Below, in pieces: positions 40,503-52,000 of a DNA stretch of 64,000 nucleotides. This DNA is from a virus: the IMG/VR virus record IMGVR_UViG_3300024261_000005. One strand, given 5' to 3'. The position numbers and the translations under genes were made by a program. Within the stretch, counting starts at the first letter, position 1, and each line of letters begins with the position of its first letter. The notes below the pieces were generated by a model that worked only from the letters and a program-made list of their open reading frames with translations, was not told the origin of the DNA and did no database searches.

Positions 40503-41743
40503 AGATCCCCCTCTTCTAGCACTATATTCACAACACCGAAGCCAAACTTTTCATCCTCTTCGATGTTTAAGGTATTGCTTACAATCTCTTCACGGTACTC
40601 TGGAAGGGAATTGTACCTGTCAGATTTTCTTTCATAAACTTTTTCAAAGATAGATCCGTTAGAAGATGTCCCGAAACCTAAAATAATATCACTGCTTATA
40701 ATACTTTTTATGTAGTTGCTTATGTTCCTGAAGTCTATTGACCCAACTCTTTCGCCACGCTCTATCTCCCCATATACGAACTGCTTTACACTTGATGTTA
40801 TCCCCGCCTTCTCTTCTACGTTCAGCCCTTGTTTGATATAAACTCTAATATCAAAATCCAAGTAAACAGTAACTCCCTGAACCACTTCGATGGATAGTCC
40901 TGGGCTTGCAACTTCCATGACACGACTTTTAACCATGTTTATTATGGATTCTGTATTTTGCTTTCCAGCACCATAAACTACCAGCCCTAGTGTTCCAATA
41001 CCAAAATAGTTTGGTATCATCTTTATGTCAACGATTCCAGGAACCATGATTGATCTTAATACAATCCAATCTTCATTCAGATTGCTTCTGGCCGTCAGGT
41101 AGTTGCTTACCCTGGACCGAAACATTTGATCGGACTCTATATCGCTTCCGTTGATTATGGGAAATCTATTCGTAACTTTCAGCAGGTTCTTACCGCTGGA
41201 TTCATAGTTAGTAAAATTATGAAAATTTAAACTAGCTTTTTCTACATTCTGATCATATCCAGTGTCAGTACTAACTGCACTACAGTACGCACGATTTAAG
41301 TCACTATCAAGTAAGTAATCTTCTGTTAATTCGTAAGTTATGTTCTCACCATACGAGCTTGATTTTACAAAAACTTGAGTTCCCGCAGGGATAGTAATAT
41401 CTGCACCTGCGTTTATATCTCCAAAAGTACCTTCTTCAATATAGAAATAAAGATTTGACTCGCCGCTCTTTGTAGAGCTTTTCGATGCGGGCCTCCTTGA
41501 GAGGCCATAAGTGTTCATGGCGATATCATCTAAAATCTCTGCGGAAGCGTTACTCATTTGCAGTTGCTGAAACTTTAAATTAGTTTCTCTTCGAACCGCA
41601 GTCAACTCATCTGCTATGCTTTCGGAAAAGGCCATAACAGTAGAATCTCTATTCTCACTTACGTTCCCAAAACGATTTTTGATATTATCGATTAAACGAT
41701 TTTTGATATTAGATTCATCTATTGTAAAAGTAGGCCTAGCCAT
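40499..41743 (-). CDS. Baseplate J-like protein
   Basis: LDDIA..YGLSR, ITIPAGTQV, VTN..PI.NGSDIESD..FRSR, VPGI. Confidence 0.88.
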   Translation of the reverse strand: MARPTFTIDESNIKNRLIDNIKNRFGNVSENRDSTVMAFSESIADELTAVRRETNLKFQQLQMSNASAEILDDIAMNTYGLSRRPASKSSTKSGESNLYFYIEEGTFGDINAGADITIPAGTQVFVKSSSYGENITYELTEDYLLDSDLNRAYCSAVSTDTGYDQNVEKASLNFHNFTNYESSGKNLLKVTNRFPIINGSDIESDQMFRSRVSNYLTARSNLNEDWIVLRSIMVPGIVDIKMIPNYFGIGTLGLVVYGAGKQNTESIINMVKSRVMEVASPGLSIEVVQGVTVYLDFDIRVYIKQGLNVEEKAGITSSVKQFVYGEIERGERVGSIDFRNISNYIKSIISSDIILGFGTSSNGSIFEKVYERKSDRYNSLPEYREEIVSNTLNIEEDEKFGFGVVNIVLEEGDL

Positions 41744-42200
41744 TGTTCACTCCCATTCCGTCAATAAACCTAGGGATACATCTATTATCTCTAAGGTCGT
41801 ATGAAAATCCAAGATTGTATACATTCAAAACGTTGTTTCCAAGTCCTGGACGATTGAATACGCTTACCGAAACCATAAGTATGTTACTGTCAAATCCTTC
41901 AACTTGAACTCTAATCAAATCAGGATCAACAAGTCCATCGCTAGTTAACGCGTTGAAGACCATATCTTCAGCTTCTGTTTGGACTTCGGGCGTTCTTGGA
42001 CTACCCATCAGATAGTTTAAGTTTGTAGAGATTGCGCTTCCGATTTGCCAATCCTCATCAGAGGATTGAAGCCTTTTCAGGATAGTTTGATTTAGTACTT
42101 CTAGTTCAGTTTCGTATGCACGTTCAATATCCATTCGATTTTCATCGAACAATATCTCTCCGTCCTCCGTAAAGAACATATCAAAAGATTCTTTTAACAT
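41736..42200 (-). CDS. gp25/gp46-like baseplate wedge / sheath-initiator protein
   Basis: QTILKRLQS...W...L..LMG pattern, size, and position directly upstream of baseplate J. Confidence 0.65.
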   Translation of the reverse strand: MLKESFDMFFTEDGEILFDENRMDIERAYETELEVLNQTILKRLQSSDEDWQIGSAISTNLNYLMGSPRTPEVQTEAEDMVFNALTSDGLVDPDLIRVQVEGFDSNILMVSVSVFNRPGLGNNVLNVYNLGFSYDLRDNRCIPRFIDGMGVNNG

Positions 42201-42210
42201 GATTAGACTC

Positions 42211-42570
42211 CTAACGTAACGCTAATACACTGCTGAATGCTGCTGCACAAATGCCAACCCTTACGGCACTTGTTATCACAGGTAGGTCGAATCGCTTCCT
42301 AGAAGTTTGATTTAAAAATGGTACGTTTGGTAACCAATCCATAGGAATACTACTTTGTTTATGCAGCGGACCTTTTATGTCTGTTGTATTTAGGTATAGC
42401 ACGCCACCAGGACCAGGCTGGACGTTGATGCCCTCCCTACCGACCTCCACACAAACTAATTTATTCCGATTTGCAAAAATCGCTGTACTCTCTAATGAGA
42501 GGTGTAAACCGGATATACAAGAGTCGTTGAATTGGGCTTTAATTATTTTACAACTCATACTCGGTTCCAC
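42211..42570 (-). CDS. Hypothetical protein (possible spike component)
   Basis: 119 aa between the hub and gp25-like genes; call is positional only. Confidence 0.45.
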   Translation of the reverse strand: MEPSMSCKIIKAQFNDSCISGLHLSLESTAIFANRNKLVCVEVGREGINVQPGPGGVLYLNTTDIKGPLHKQSSIPMDWLPNVPFLNQTSRKRFDLPVITSAVRVGICAAAFSSVLALR

Positions 42571-43079
42571 CTTCTTCCTTTTCCAACTGATGGTTTTGAA
42601 AAGGATTTCATTTGAGATTCATAATCGTTTACCGTTATACTAGCGCTTCCCGCAAGAGAAATATATCCCTCACAAGATTCATTTTGAAAAAGCGTATAAT
42701 CTTCTCGCTCCCACTTAATGATACCTGCCTGGATGGCAGCTTCACTAACTGAAGTACAGTGTAAGTTTACACCTCTACCAACAATGTTTTCATCAGTGCC
42801 GTAAATAGTTCTCAACTCGTCATAAGAGCCTTTCCAGGGAACGCTTCTGACTTCTTTATTAGTCAGATCAAATAAGATGAAATATATTCCGCTTGTGTAG
42901 AATCCCTGGCTTGGAGTTAACTCGTCATCCAGCTTTATTGATATATGCGGCGTCGTTGGTTTGTGCGCTCCACATATATCAATAATCACACAATTCAAAA
43001 CCAAACCACCGCTTGAGTTTTGTACCGATTCGAATACGGTATTAATTCTTTCTGAAGATATTACTGAACGTCTAGACAT
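42555..43079 (-). CDS. Hypothetical protein (possible spike OB-fold)
   Basis: 174 aa immediately after the hub gene; call is positional only. Confidence 0.45.
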   Translation of the reverse strand: MSRRSVISSERINTVFESVQNSSGGLVLNCVIIDICGAHKPTTPHISIKLDDELTPSQGFYTSGIYFILFDLTNKEVRSVPWKGSYDELRTIYGTDENIVGRGVNLHCTSVSEAAIQAGIIKWEREDYTLFQNESCEGYISLAGSASITVNDYESQMKSFSKPSVGKGRRWNRV

Positions 43080-43081
43080 AA

Positions 43082-46000
43082 TTAATCATCCAAATACATG
43101 TAGCCAAGAAGTGAATCTGCATTCTTTATTCCTATGGCGTCAGCTACCTTCGCAGCGTTTACCACTATGCTTGATTTCATTGAGTTTAGCTCATTCTTAT
43201 CATAAGCTGTTATCACGTCCTTACCGTAAGCTTTTAACTCTTGCTGCCTATCTAGATAGCCTTTGACTGCTGTTGAAGTGGCGTTGAAAATGTAGCCTAG
43301 CATATTGTTCCACTTTTCGCTTTCATCTACCTCTTCAAAACCCCCAGTTACGAGCGGCATTCCATCCCTAACTAAGGGGTACAATTGGATAAGATTTCCG
43401 TTTTCCATTCTGGACATTATATGTTGCCGAAATAGATTTTTCCCAAGTCGACCGCTACTGTAAGAAGTACTTATTGTGCTGTTCAAAAGGTTGCTGCTTT
43501 TAGCAAGCGCTACACTTCCAGCGAAGAATAGTCCCATTTTCCATAAGCCTCCACCAAATATACTTACACCCATATTGGTTGCAAATCGGTTCCTTAATGC
43601 TTCTCCACCCAGATAAGTCAAGCTTAACCCCCCTGCTAGAGTGCCAACGTCCGCTACCATATCTGTAAGCTCTTTTGGAACTGCTGCATCTCCAGGAACA
43701 AAATCTCTCAAAAAGCTTGGGCCATCCTCTTCATAACTGTCCATTGTCTTTTCAACTATTTGGTCGACTAACTTTTTTCTTTTTTCATCAGACAGCCCAC
43801 CAAAATCTATGGTAAGCCCAGCGCCACCATGTTTTCTAAAGAAACCAGCATTAGTTGTCATCTCTTCCTCTATGAACTCTTCGACTTCATCTTCTACGAT
43901 TTTCTTAACGCTAGCTTTTCTTTCCTCGGCTGTGCCACCCAACTCATAAAGGCTATTGTATTCATCAAATACTTTAGCTCTTGTTTCATATACGAGGCTT
44001 TGAGTTATCACTGGGTGTGATAACTCTTCATTTGCTGTTACCAGTGCGTTGGTTTCAATATCTGTGATAAAGCCTGTCTCAAATGAGAACATGTGCGTAA
44101 CAGAACAAACTTCTACTGGACCGTACATATTGGTTATATCATCATGCAAGATTACCACATCCCAAGGGTTTATCTTGGTGTCGCCTAGGATAGTTAAAGA
44201 CCCTTCGTACATCTTTCTAGTTCCATACAATAACTCGCCCAAACCGTATCTGATAGCATTGCTAGCACCAACTATGTTTCGATAAGTTACAGTCTTTTCT
44301 TTTAGCTGGCTCATCCCTACATTATTGTTGGCTCTAAACTTTAATGTTTCCATTGTTTGGTTGTATTTAGAAAGCGATGGATCTACATCACTATTAACAT
44401 CAGCCGAACCTTTCTCTTCACCTTTCAATCTTTCAGTGAAAGTATTTATAAAGTTTACGCTAACTGCATTGATCATATTATGAGAGGAAACAATTATATT
44501 GTTGCCAATCAAATTCCTCTTAGACGAGACTAAATGAAATTGCCTGAATGGTACAAATCTATCTTTAGTTTTGCTTATGTAGTAGTCGTATGCCTTTTGT
44601 GTAAAGAATCTTTGTAATACTTGCTCGTTCTCATTATTGGTCACAGACTCCTTATACTGAGCGTATGCACTTGGGAAAATAATCTTTATGTCATTTTCCT
44701 TCAGCAAGCCTGCCTCCCCCATAGTGTCTAAAGCCATAAAGATTTTATTGAGCTTTCTTATCTCAGTATTAGTTATTCGCTTACACCAATACCTTTGGTT
44801 AGGCACTCCAAAGAAAACTCTATACTCCAAACTATTTCCATAAGGCCTCACGCCATAAATATATCCGGGATGCCTTAATGTACATTCATGTAATATTTGC
44901 CATATTGTTTGACCAGTTAGTACGAATGGATTCTCATGCTTCTTTACATCCATTCTTTTGTCTATAAGCTTGAATGGATTTAACTTGAGGGTTTCTAACT
45001 TTTTGCTGCTAGAAATATTTATCAATCCAAAGGTGCTGGTATTGATTATATCTTTTCCCGACAGCCAAGCTTCCTTGCTAAAGAGTTCAATTCCACTCCA
45101 CAAACTTTCCAAATAACTGTAGCTGGTTCCTAAGTTGCTCATGTATTGCGCTGGATGTGGTGCAAAGATATTATCATCTTGAGGAGATAGTAATTTCTTC
45201 TTCTTAAGCTTATTCTTGTCTGCAGCGAAGCTACCCATCATAGCGTTCCATGCATACTTCGCACTATCTATTATAATGTCAAGCCCAGACAGTAGCGCTG
45301 CCGTAGCAAAACCACTAACGCCAATAGCCAATGGTAATGTTATTGATGTACCCGCTCCTATTATAATGTTGCCACCCATCTTCGTTCCTAACCAGGTTTT
45401 ACCTAATCTTGATGGCGCCACACCACTCAAACCAAGAGCACCAAATCCCTTATTCTTCAGTACTATGCTTTTTAAGAACTCCTCACCCAGCTCAGGCGCA
45501 ATATTTACTTTGCCACCACTCAGAACGTTGGCAATATACTTAAAGACAGTTACTACTGTACCGTTAATCCTGCCGTGTGCTGCTTGGTTGGCTGCGAACT
45601 TACCTGTATTTAAAAGACTACTCATTCCGCCCAGCACTCTGAGTTGAGTCCTGGCCACACGGGGCAACATACTGGTCCCTAGGTTGCCCTGAGCTCGAAT
45701 CAAAAATTCAAGTGCGTCATCAAAATTAGCAATAAAGATTTTTGCCGCCCCCGCTTGTGGGGTCATACTTGTTGCAAGAAATTGCGCACGTTTAATAATA
45801 AGTTGCTGAGCAATCTTATTTACTCCAAATGGATTTGCCCATGATAGCTTTGTTGGAACCCATGCAAATATTTTTGCAGTAACAGCACCAAAAGTTGCTA
45901 ACTTTCCTCCAGCGGTGGGTTTAAAATAACTTCCAACGGTTGTTACTAACTTTGTGCTTCCTGCCATCTTTAATGCAGGGAGGCCCAGTGTCAGTACGCC

Positions 46001-49000
46001 GACACCAATGCCGATGCCAAAGGTATTGTCTCTCACCCAATCAAAAAAGCCTCGACTTAATGAAAAGTTAAATGACGATTCTTTTTTATAAAGATCTAAA
46101 TCTAAAGAGAAATCTTTAAATTCGCCTATTTGAAAAACAGCACCTACCTTAGATCTACCAAAATGCTTTAATTCGTCACTCATCATCATGCTTCCTAGAA
46201 GCTGGTGAGTACTATAGAATACGCCAGGCTCATCAGAGTTGGTTCCTGCCTCACCACCTTTTCTTAAAGCTTCAAGCTCCACACCAAAACTTTGTACCGT
46301 TAAATTACATATAGTATTGTTTTGAGCATAATTAATATCAGCAATCTTACCAGAAATCAGTATATCTAGTTCGTTGCTGTTGCTTTCATAACCCGCTCTA
46401 AGCTGGACTGTAACTCCAGGTCGCAATACGATACTATCAATGAAGTTGCCCTCATCTTCCAGTGCTCTTTCTTCTACATCCTCGCCAAGATCCACATCTC
46501 TAAGCACGTTCTTTTTTGTACCGTCTAAAAGCCCAGAAATATTCTGAACTTGGATCGTAGCTACACTTGAGGCGAGCTCTCTTGAGTTATGAACATTAAA
46601 ACTTATTACTGAATTATAATAAAAGAAATCATCAAAAGCAGTAAGTCGATCAGTATAGATAGCGTCTTCTTCTACTATGTATAATCTGAATGTAGGGAAC
46701 GCTTCTTTTATAGTTCTTAACTTATTTATATTCCCACTACTATCCTCACAGATGTCTAGTATGTCCTGCTTGTTATATTTTTGTTGTGTACCGAGCCCAA
46801 GTGTTCTTCCTATCTTTGGGTTTACTTTATCAACTTGCGCTTTAAGATCCATCTTACCAGAAGTCTTGAATCCCAACTGGCTTCCGAACATACTGTTAAC
46901 TTCGCCGAATTGCTTTTTCTTTTCGTCAAATTTGCCGCCAGTAATTCCTTTATTCGTGGCATCTATTTGAGCCACTGCTTTATTTACAGAATATTTTTGA
47001 GCACCTACAGTCGTGACTGATTGCGCACTTGTCGTCACTGCAATTGGTGTGCTTCCACCTAGCACTTTATCATTATTATTCAATGCAATTGCTATTGGAG
47101 CTATATAAGCGGGTGTCTGCACATTTTCTTCATCGCCGATTAAGAAGTCCGATACGGTTCTTAGTATTTCAGTGCTATCAACAAGCTCATTAACTATCTC
47201 TTTTTTCTCTTTATCTCCTCGCAACTTCTCTTCAGATCCTGTAAAGATGCCTGCTCTTAAACCTTTTTGAAACTGTATCGAACTGTCAATTATCTTATTG
47301 GCAGCAGCCATTTCTTTCTTTTGCCTATCCTTAAGCAATATCTCTTTAGTATCATTTTGATCATGATAATAAAAGCATGGAGAAAGATTTGAATTATTAT
47401 AAGGCGTCCTCGGATCTTGTGGAAGATCTATGTCTGGATAAGAATTTGTCTCTAGCAACTCAAAGACCGTTGCCCCATCAAGCACTCTCAAGAGAGTAGC
47501 ATCACCAGTTTTCTCTACAATATCTGCATTTAAATGTAAGTTCTCATCTAGTATTGCTTTTAATAGACTTCTTAAATAGGCAAGCTTGGTTCTTTGTTGG
47601 CTTTTTAATGCTGCCTTCTTACTATCAAAGAAGTGCTTAACGCCATTTGACCGTGGGCCGGGGGTACCATCCGACTTTGTGAGTTGATGAGTCAATAAGA
47701 ACGGATACTTCTTAATATTATCTCGATCCGTCCACTTACCATTCTTGACTCTTATCGGGGCACTTGCAAGACCATCTACACCTATGAACTGCATGACATC
47801 CCCACCGTAAAGATACGCATTGGGGTCGAATTTATCATTGTCTAAGCTGGGGTTATACCTGTAATGGGTGAAAGGAGAGAGCTCCTCTATTATATGACGC
47901 GCATTCTGTTCATTAGTAGCCAAGTCTCCATCATCTCTATGCTCAGGAAACATATATAAGAATTGTAAGTACTCTTTCATATTCGCAATAGTTATTCTAT
48001 CTGCTAATGCAAAATTAGAAAGCTTTTTATCTACAATCCCATCATCATCAATGAGGTTTGAATTCCCTTTTAATGACGCTTGAATTAGGTTCATTGCTCT
48101 TGAAGTAGGGTCTAAATTACCTGCTACTTTATTGAAGGTGTTGAATATGCTTAAGTCAGCGTAAATTGGTTTTATATGTTGCGATATTGAATAAGCAACC
48201 TGATCAGCATCACTAACGCCTTCTAAAAACTCCCCAGCATTCTTCACTCCATCATCCTCAAGCTTAAAGCTGTCTCCTAGAATTGAACTTTTATTATCTA
48301 CAAAGTATTTTAGATACTCTTGAAAAGACGCCCTGCCTTGTAGAGCTTCAGTATGGTCAATTATTCCACCACGAACTCGATTCAATTGTAACTGTGCATC
48401 GTCAGACAGTCCCGTGGAGAAAGCGTAACCTATAACAACAAGTTCTATAACAGCTTGACCAGCTAGACTCCATCCCCCAGAGAGGATAGCAGTCTCAGCG
48501 GCAATAGCTCTTGTTGCCGTTAGAACAAGTCCTGCGCCCCCAAGCGCAACACTTGACTTGTCTACCCTTGTGCTTAAGGCTGCTTGACCGGTTTCAATAG
48601 TACACTTACCAGTAAATAATTTTTCTATTACATTATAATATGCAGGCAGTACAGAGAATCCATACAGTTGACTCTGTATGAATTGCATCTCTTTTATAAA
48701 TTCTTCTTTTGTATCGGTATAAAGATATGGCTCTGTTAATATCACCGATGCTAATTCTGTAAAACTCTTTAGCATTGTATTACTAGCTAAGAGTTGTACT
48801 TTCATAGCATCTCTTTGAGCTGTTTTAGAAGTTAACTCAGATTTATCTACCTTGAAAGTTGAGGATTGATGTAATTTTTTAACAGTTTTAACAAGGCTTT
48901 CCCCTGCTTTGTGGGAGTTCGGGTTGATAATCCACGCGTTTGCTTTTGTGTTGGTTTTTGTCGAAGCACTCCTAACCAACATTTCCTGCCCATAGTATCT

Positions 49001-52000
49001 TTTCAACCCTGCAAGTATTTTTCTTTCAGAGGCAGTTTGACTAGTCTCACCAGCTCTAGGTAGGAACTTTATTTCATAGTTATTATTCTCATCTGTGATT
49101 TCAAAGTTGTATGATCTGTCTGTACGATAGATATCAGTTTTTAGATGATATTTTGTGTCGTTGGAGTAAACTTTCGTATCTCTATACAAAGTAGCTATAT
49201 CAGCATCATTTATGCCTAGCTTCTTTTGATTCTCTCTTAAGAACTTAATAAAGTCATCAGGCTTGGTACTAGTAATTTTATAGTTCTCTTCGCGCTCTTT
49301 CTCTCTAGTCTCAGAAACTACACCACTAGTTGTATTAGCAACCTCTCCCTCCTCTGTCTCATCTTGTTCTTCAACTTCAGGTTCGTTATCACCCTCTGCA
49401 GACTCCTCAATATTTCCAGCAGCTTTCTTTGTATAGGAACCTATAGCCTTCTCAACATCATTATTAATATGATCTTTTATTTGCTTTACATAAGTATCGC
49501 CCTGACCGGTACTACCCCAAAAGGCTTTCTTATTTCTCTTGTTGTTCTCCTTGTCGAAGATCTGTTGAACAGTTTTCGTATAGGGGTTTCCTTCGCTAAA
49601 CATAAATTGAATTGTTTTTACAAAATTGATTCCGTTCCCATCATCATGCAAGTATTCTGGATGATCATTTTGCCAGTCTAAAAAAATATCATTAATGAAA
49701 TCATATACCCGAAATGCATCGGCACCACCTTCACCAACCCAACGCCGTCTACCGCGTTTCAAGCCATGCTGTCCGCTTTTAATGCTTGCTGTAGTGACAT
49801 TAAAGTTGGCATCTAAGTGAATGAAGCCGTTAGCTCTGTATGGCTTCCTGCCCATAAATTTCGTGTCGTTAGCAATCGTAACGATATTTACACTAGTCAC
49901 CTCCCCGTTGGTATTAAGGGTCAATAAATCGTCTCCCGACTTGCTACCATAGATCCCTACGCCCAGACAATAACGTCTTTTTGGTCCGAATACGTCATTG
50001 AAGAATCTACGCTCTTCCAACAATTCTATTAAAGCACTCGCCTCCATGGCGTTCATATTGCTTATTCTAATATCTGCAGCAACACCAGTAAAATGATTCG
50101 ATTTGGTCTTTCTACTTTTCCCCGGATTCCATGCATCTAAAGTTGAAAACACATTAATTTTATATGATTTCTCTTTTAGTTTTCCATATTCATTTAATAA
50201 ATCCTGCAATGGATCCATAAAGTTTAAATAGAACTTATAGGCGTTCTCATCTATTGTTGGGCCTGATTTCCCCAAAGCGTTTTTAGCTCCTTCTTTAACT
50301 AACCTCCCTCTTAGATGCCGCTTTGCTTTTCCATAAAACTTGCTGGCACTAAAATATCTTGTATTCCAGTGGAAGGGCACATACTTCGCTTTTGAGTAGC
50401 TGTGCTTTATGGGTTCACCTTTGAGGGCACTACTACCACGAGACCCTGCTGATGACGGCGCATTTACATTGATATCAGACTCTCTTATTATAGATGCATA
50501 GCGGTCTAAATATTTTTCATCTACATCAGAAGTAACAGCTTCTCTAAGCTCTTCCTCATCATAAGGCTTACTCTCACTGAATCTAAAGTTTAAACCAACG
50601 GCTCCTGGAGAGCCTTCTATAGTAAACGTGTCAGTAGAAGAAATTATAAATCTTGGCTTAGAGTCTCTTATGTAGAGCGGCTGAGTTCCCTTATCGTAAT
50701 CAATGATTTTCTCATCCATGTCGGCATATTTAAATGAGCCAACAAGTTTAGTTATTAATGACTCTACTATTATATTTCCTGCATCAGGTATTTGAGGAAA
50801 GTTCTTTGCCATATAGGCTACATGTGCGCGAATACTTTCAAGCTCTTTTATCTTTGGTGGCAGCCCATCGGTGTGGCTTTTACCAATAAAGTTAAATTGA
50901 AATACTGGCTCTATGCTACCTAAGAATTGGTGCGTAGGATACTCATGTCCAAGTATGGGTATCGAACTTATTATGTTTCTTAATGAACAAGAAACATTTG
51001 TGATGTCTTGCTCAAACTTAGGGACTGAATCATAGTTATCATTATTTGTTTTTATGCCTGTAATGTTCTCAACATCTTTTTCAAAGAAATTGGAATCATA
51101 GCTTAGTAATCGAGCTCTTTGAAAAACGTTTTCCAACCCAGCACGATACATATACTGATGATAGTTTTCTTCATCTATCGCCTTCTTTATTCTATCCATA
51201 TAGATTGCATCATTAGAGTTTAAATAATTATCCCCCTGATCAAATTTATGATTTATGGATTTAATCTTTTTATTATATTCTTTAGAAGATTTAACTAGCT
51301 CTTCATTCAAGCCCTTACCTGTCAAACTCAACAGCATGTCATTAATTATTTGAGAGTCTGCAGTAACCGTAACCTCCTGGCTCGTTGGAAAATAACCAAG
51401 TATTGTGCCCGCAGGATTTATATCGTCGTTGTACGTATCGAAGAACTCAGTGAAATCAGCTATAAGTTCAATCCCCTCATATACGATTTTTTTCTCATCG
51501 TCTTTTCCTGTGTTCTGCACGACCGTTATAGTAGTTCCGTTATGAGTTATTTCCCCCGATATCACACTTAATACTGGTGACGCTGGACCTCCCGAGTGAC
51601 TTCGACTTATGTCTGTGATGGTGAATTTTTTATCAGCTTTTTCAGTTATAACAACATTATTTCCAGGTGGGTAATATTTTTCTATACTCCTATCTTCCAA
51701 AGGTCTTAAGTAAGTATAGTCTCTGCCCCACGCACTTGGAACCTCCACAGATATACCTCCAGAATGAACAGGGGTCATATCTGTCAAAGCTTTTGCTTTT
51801 TCTGACTTTAAACTATTAAAGAGATTATGTATCTCGGCTCTGTTTCCTTTTATCTTCTCTTGCTTTTTGGCTTCGTTTAAATTCTTTTTAACCGTGCCTT
51901 TATTCAGGGTTTTTCTATATCTAAATAGAAAGTTTCCTCCCAGTTCCAACGAAATGTATTCTTTGACAACTATCTTTGTATTGAGCCCACTCATAAGTAT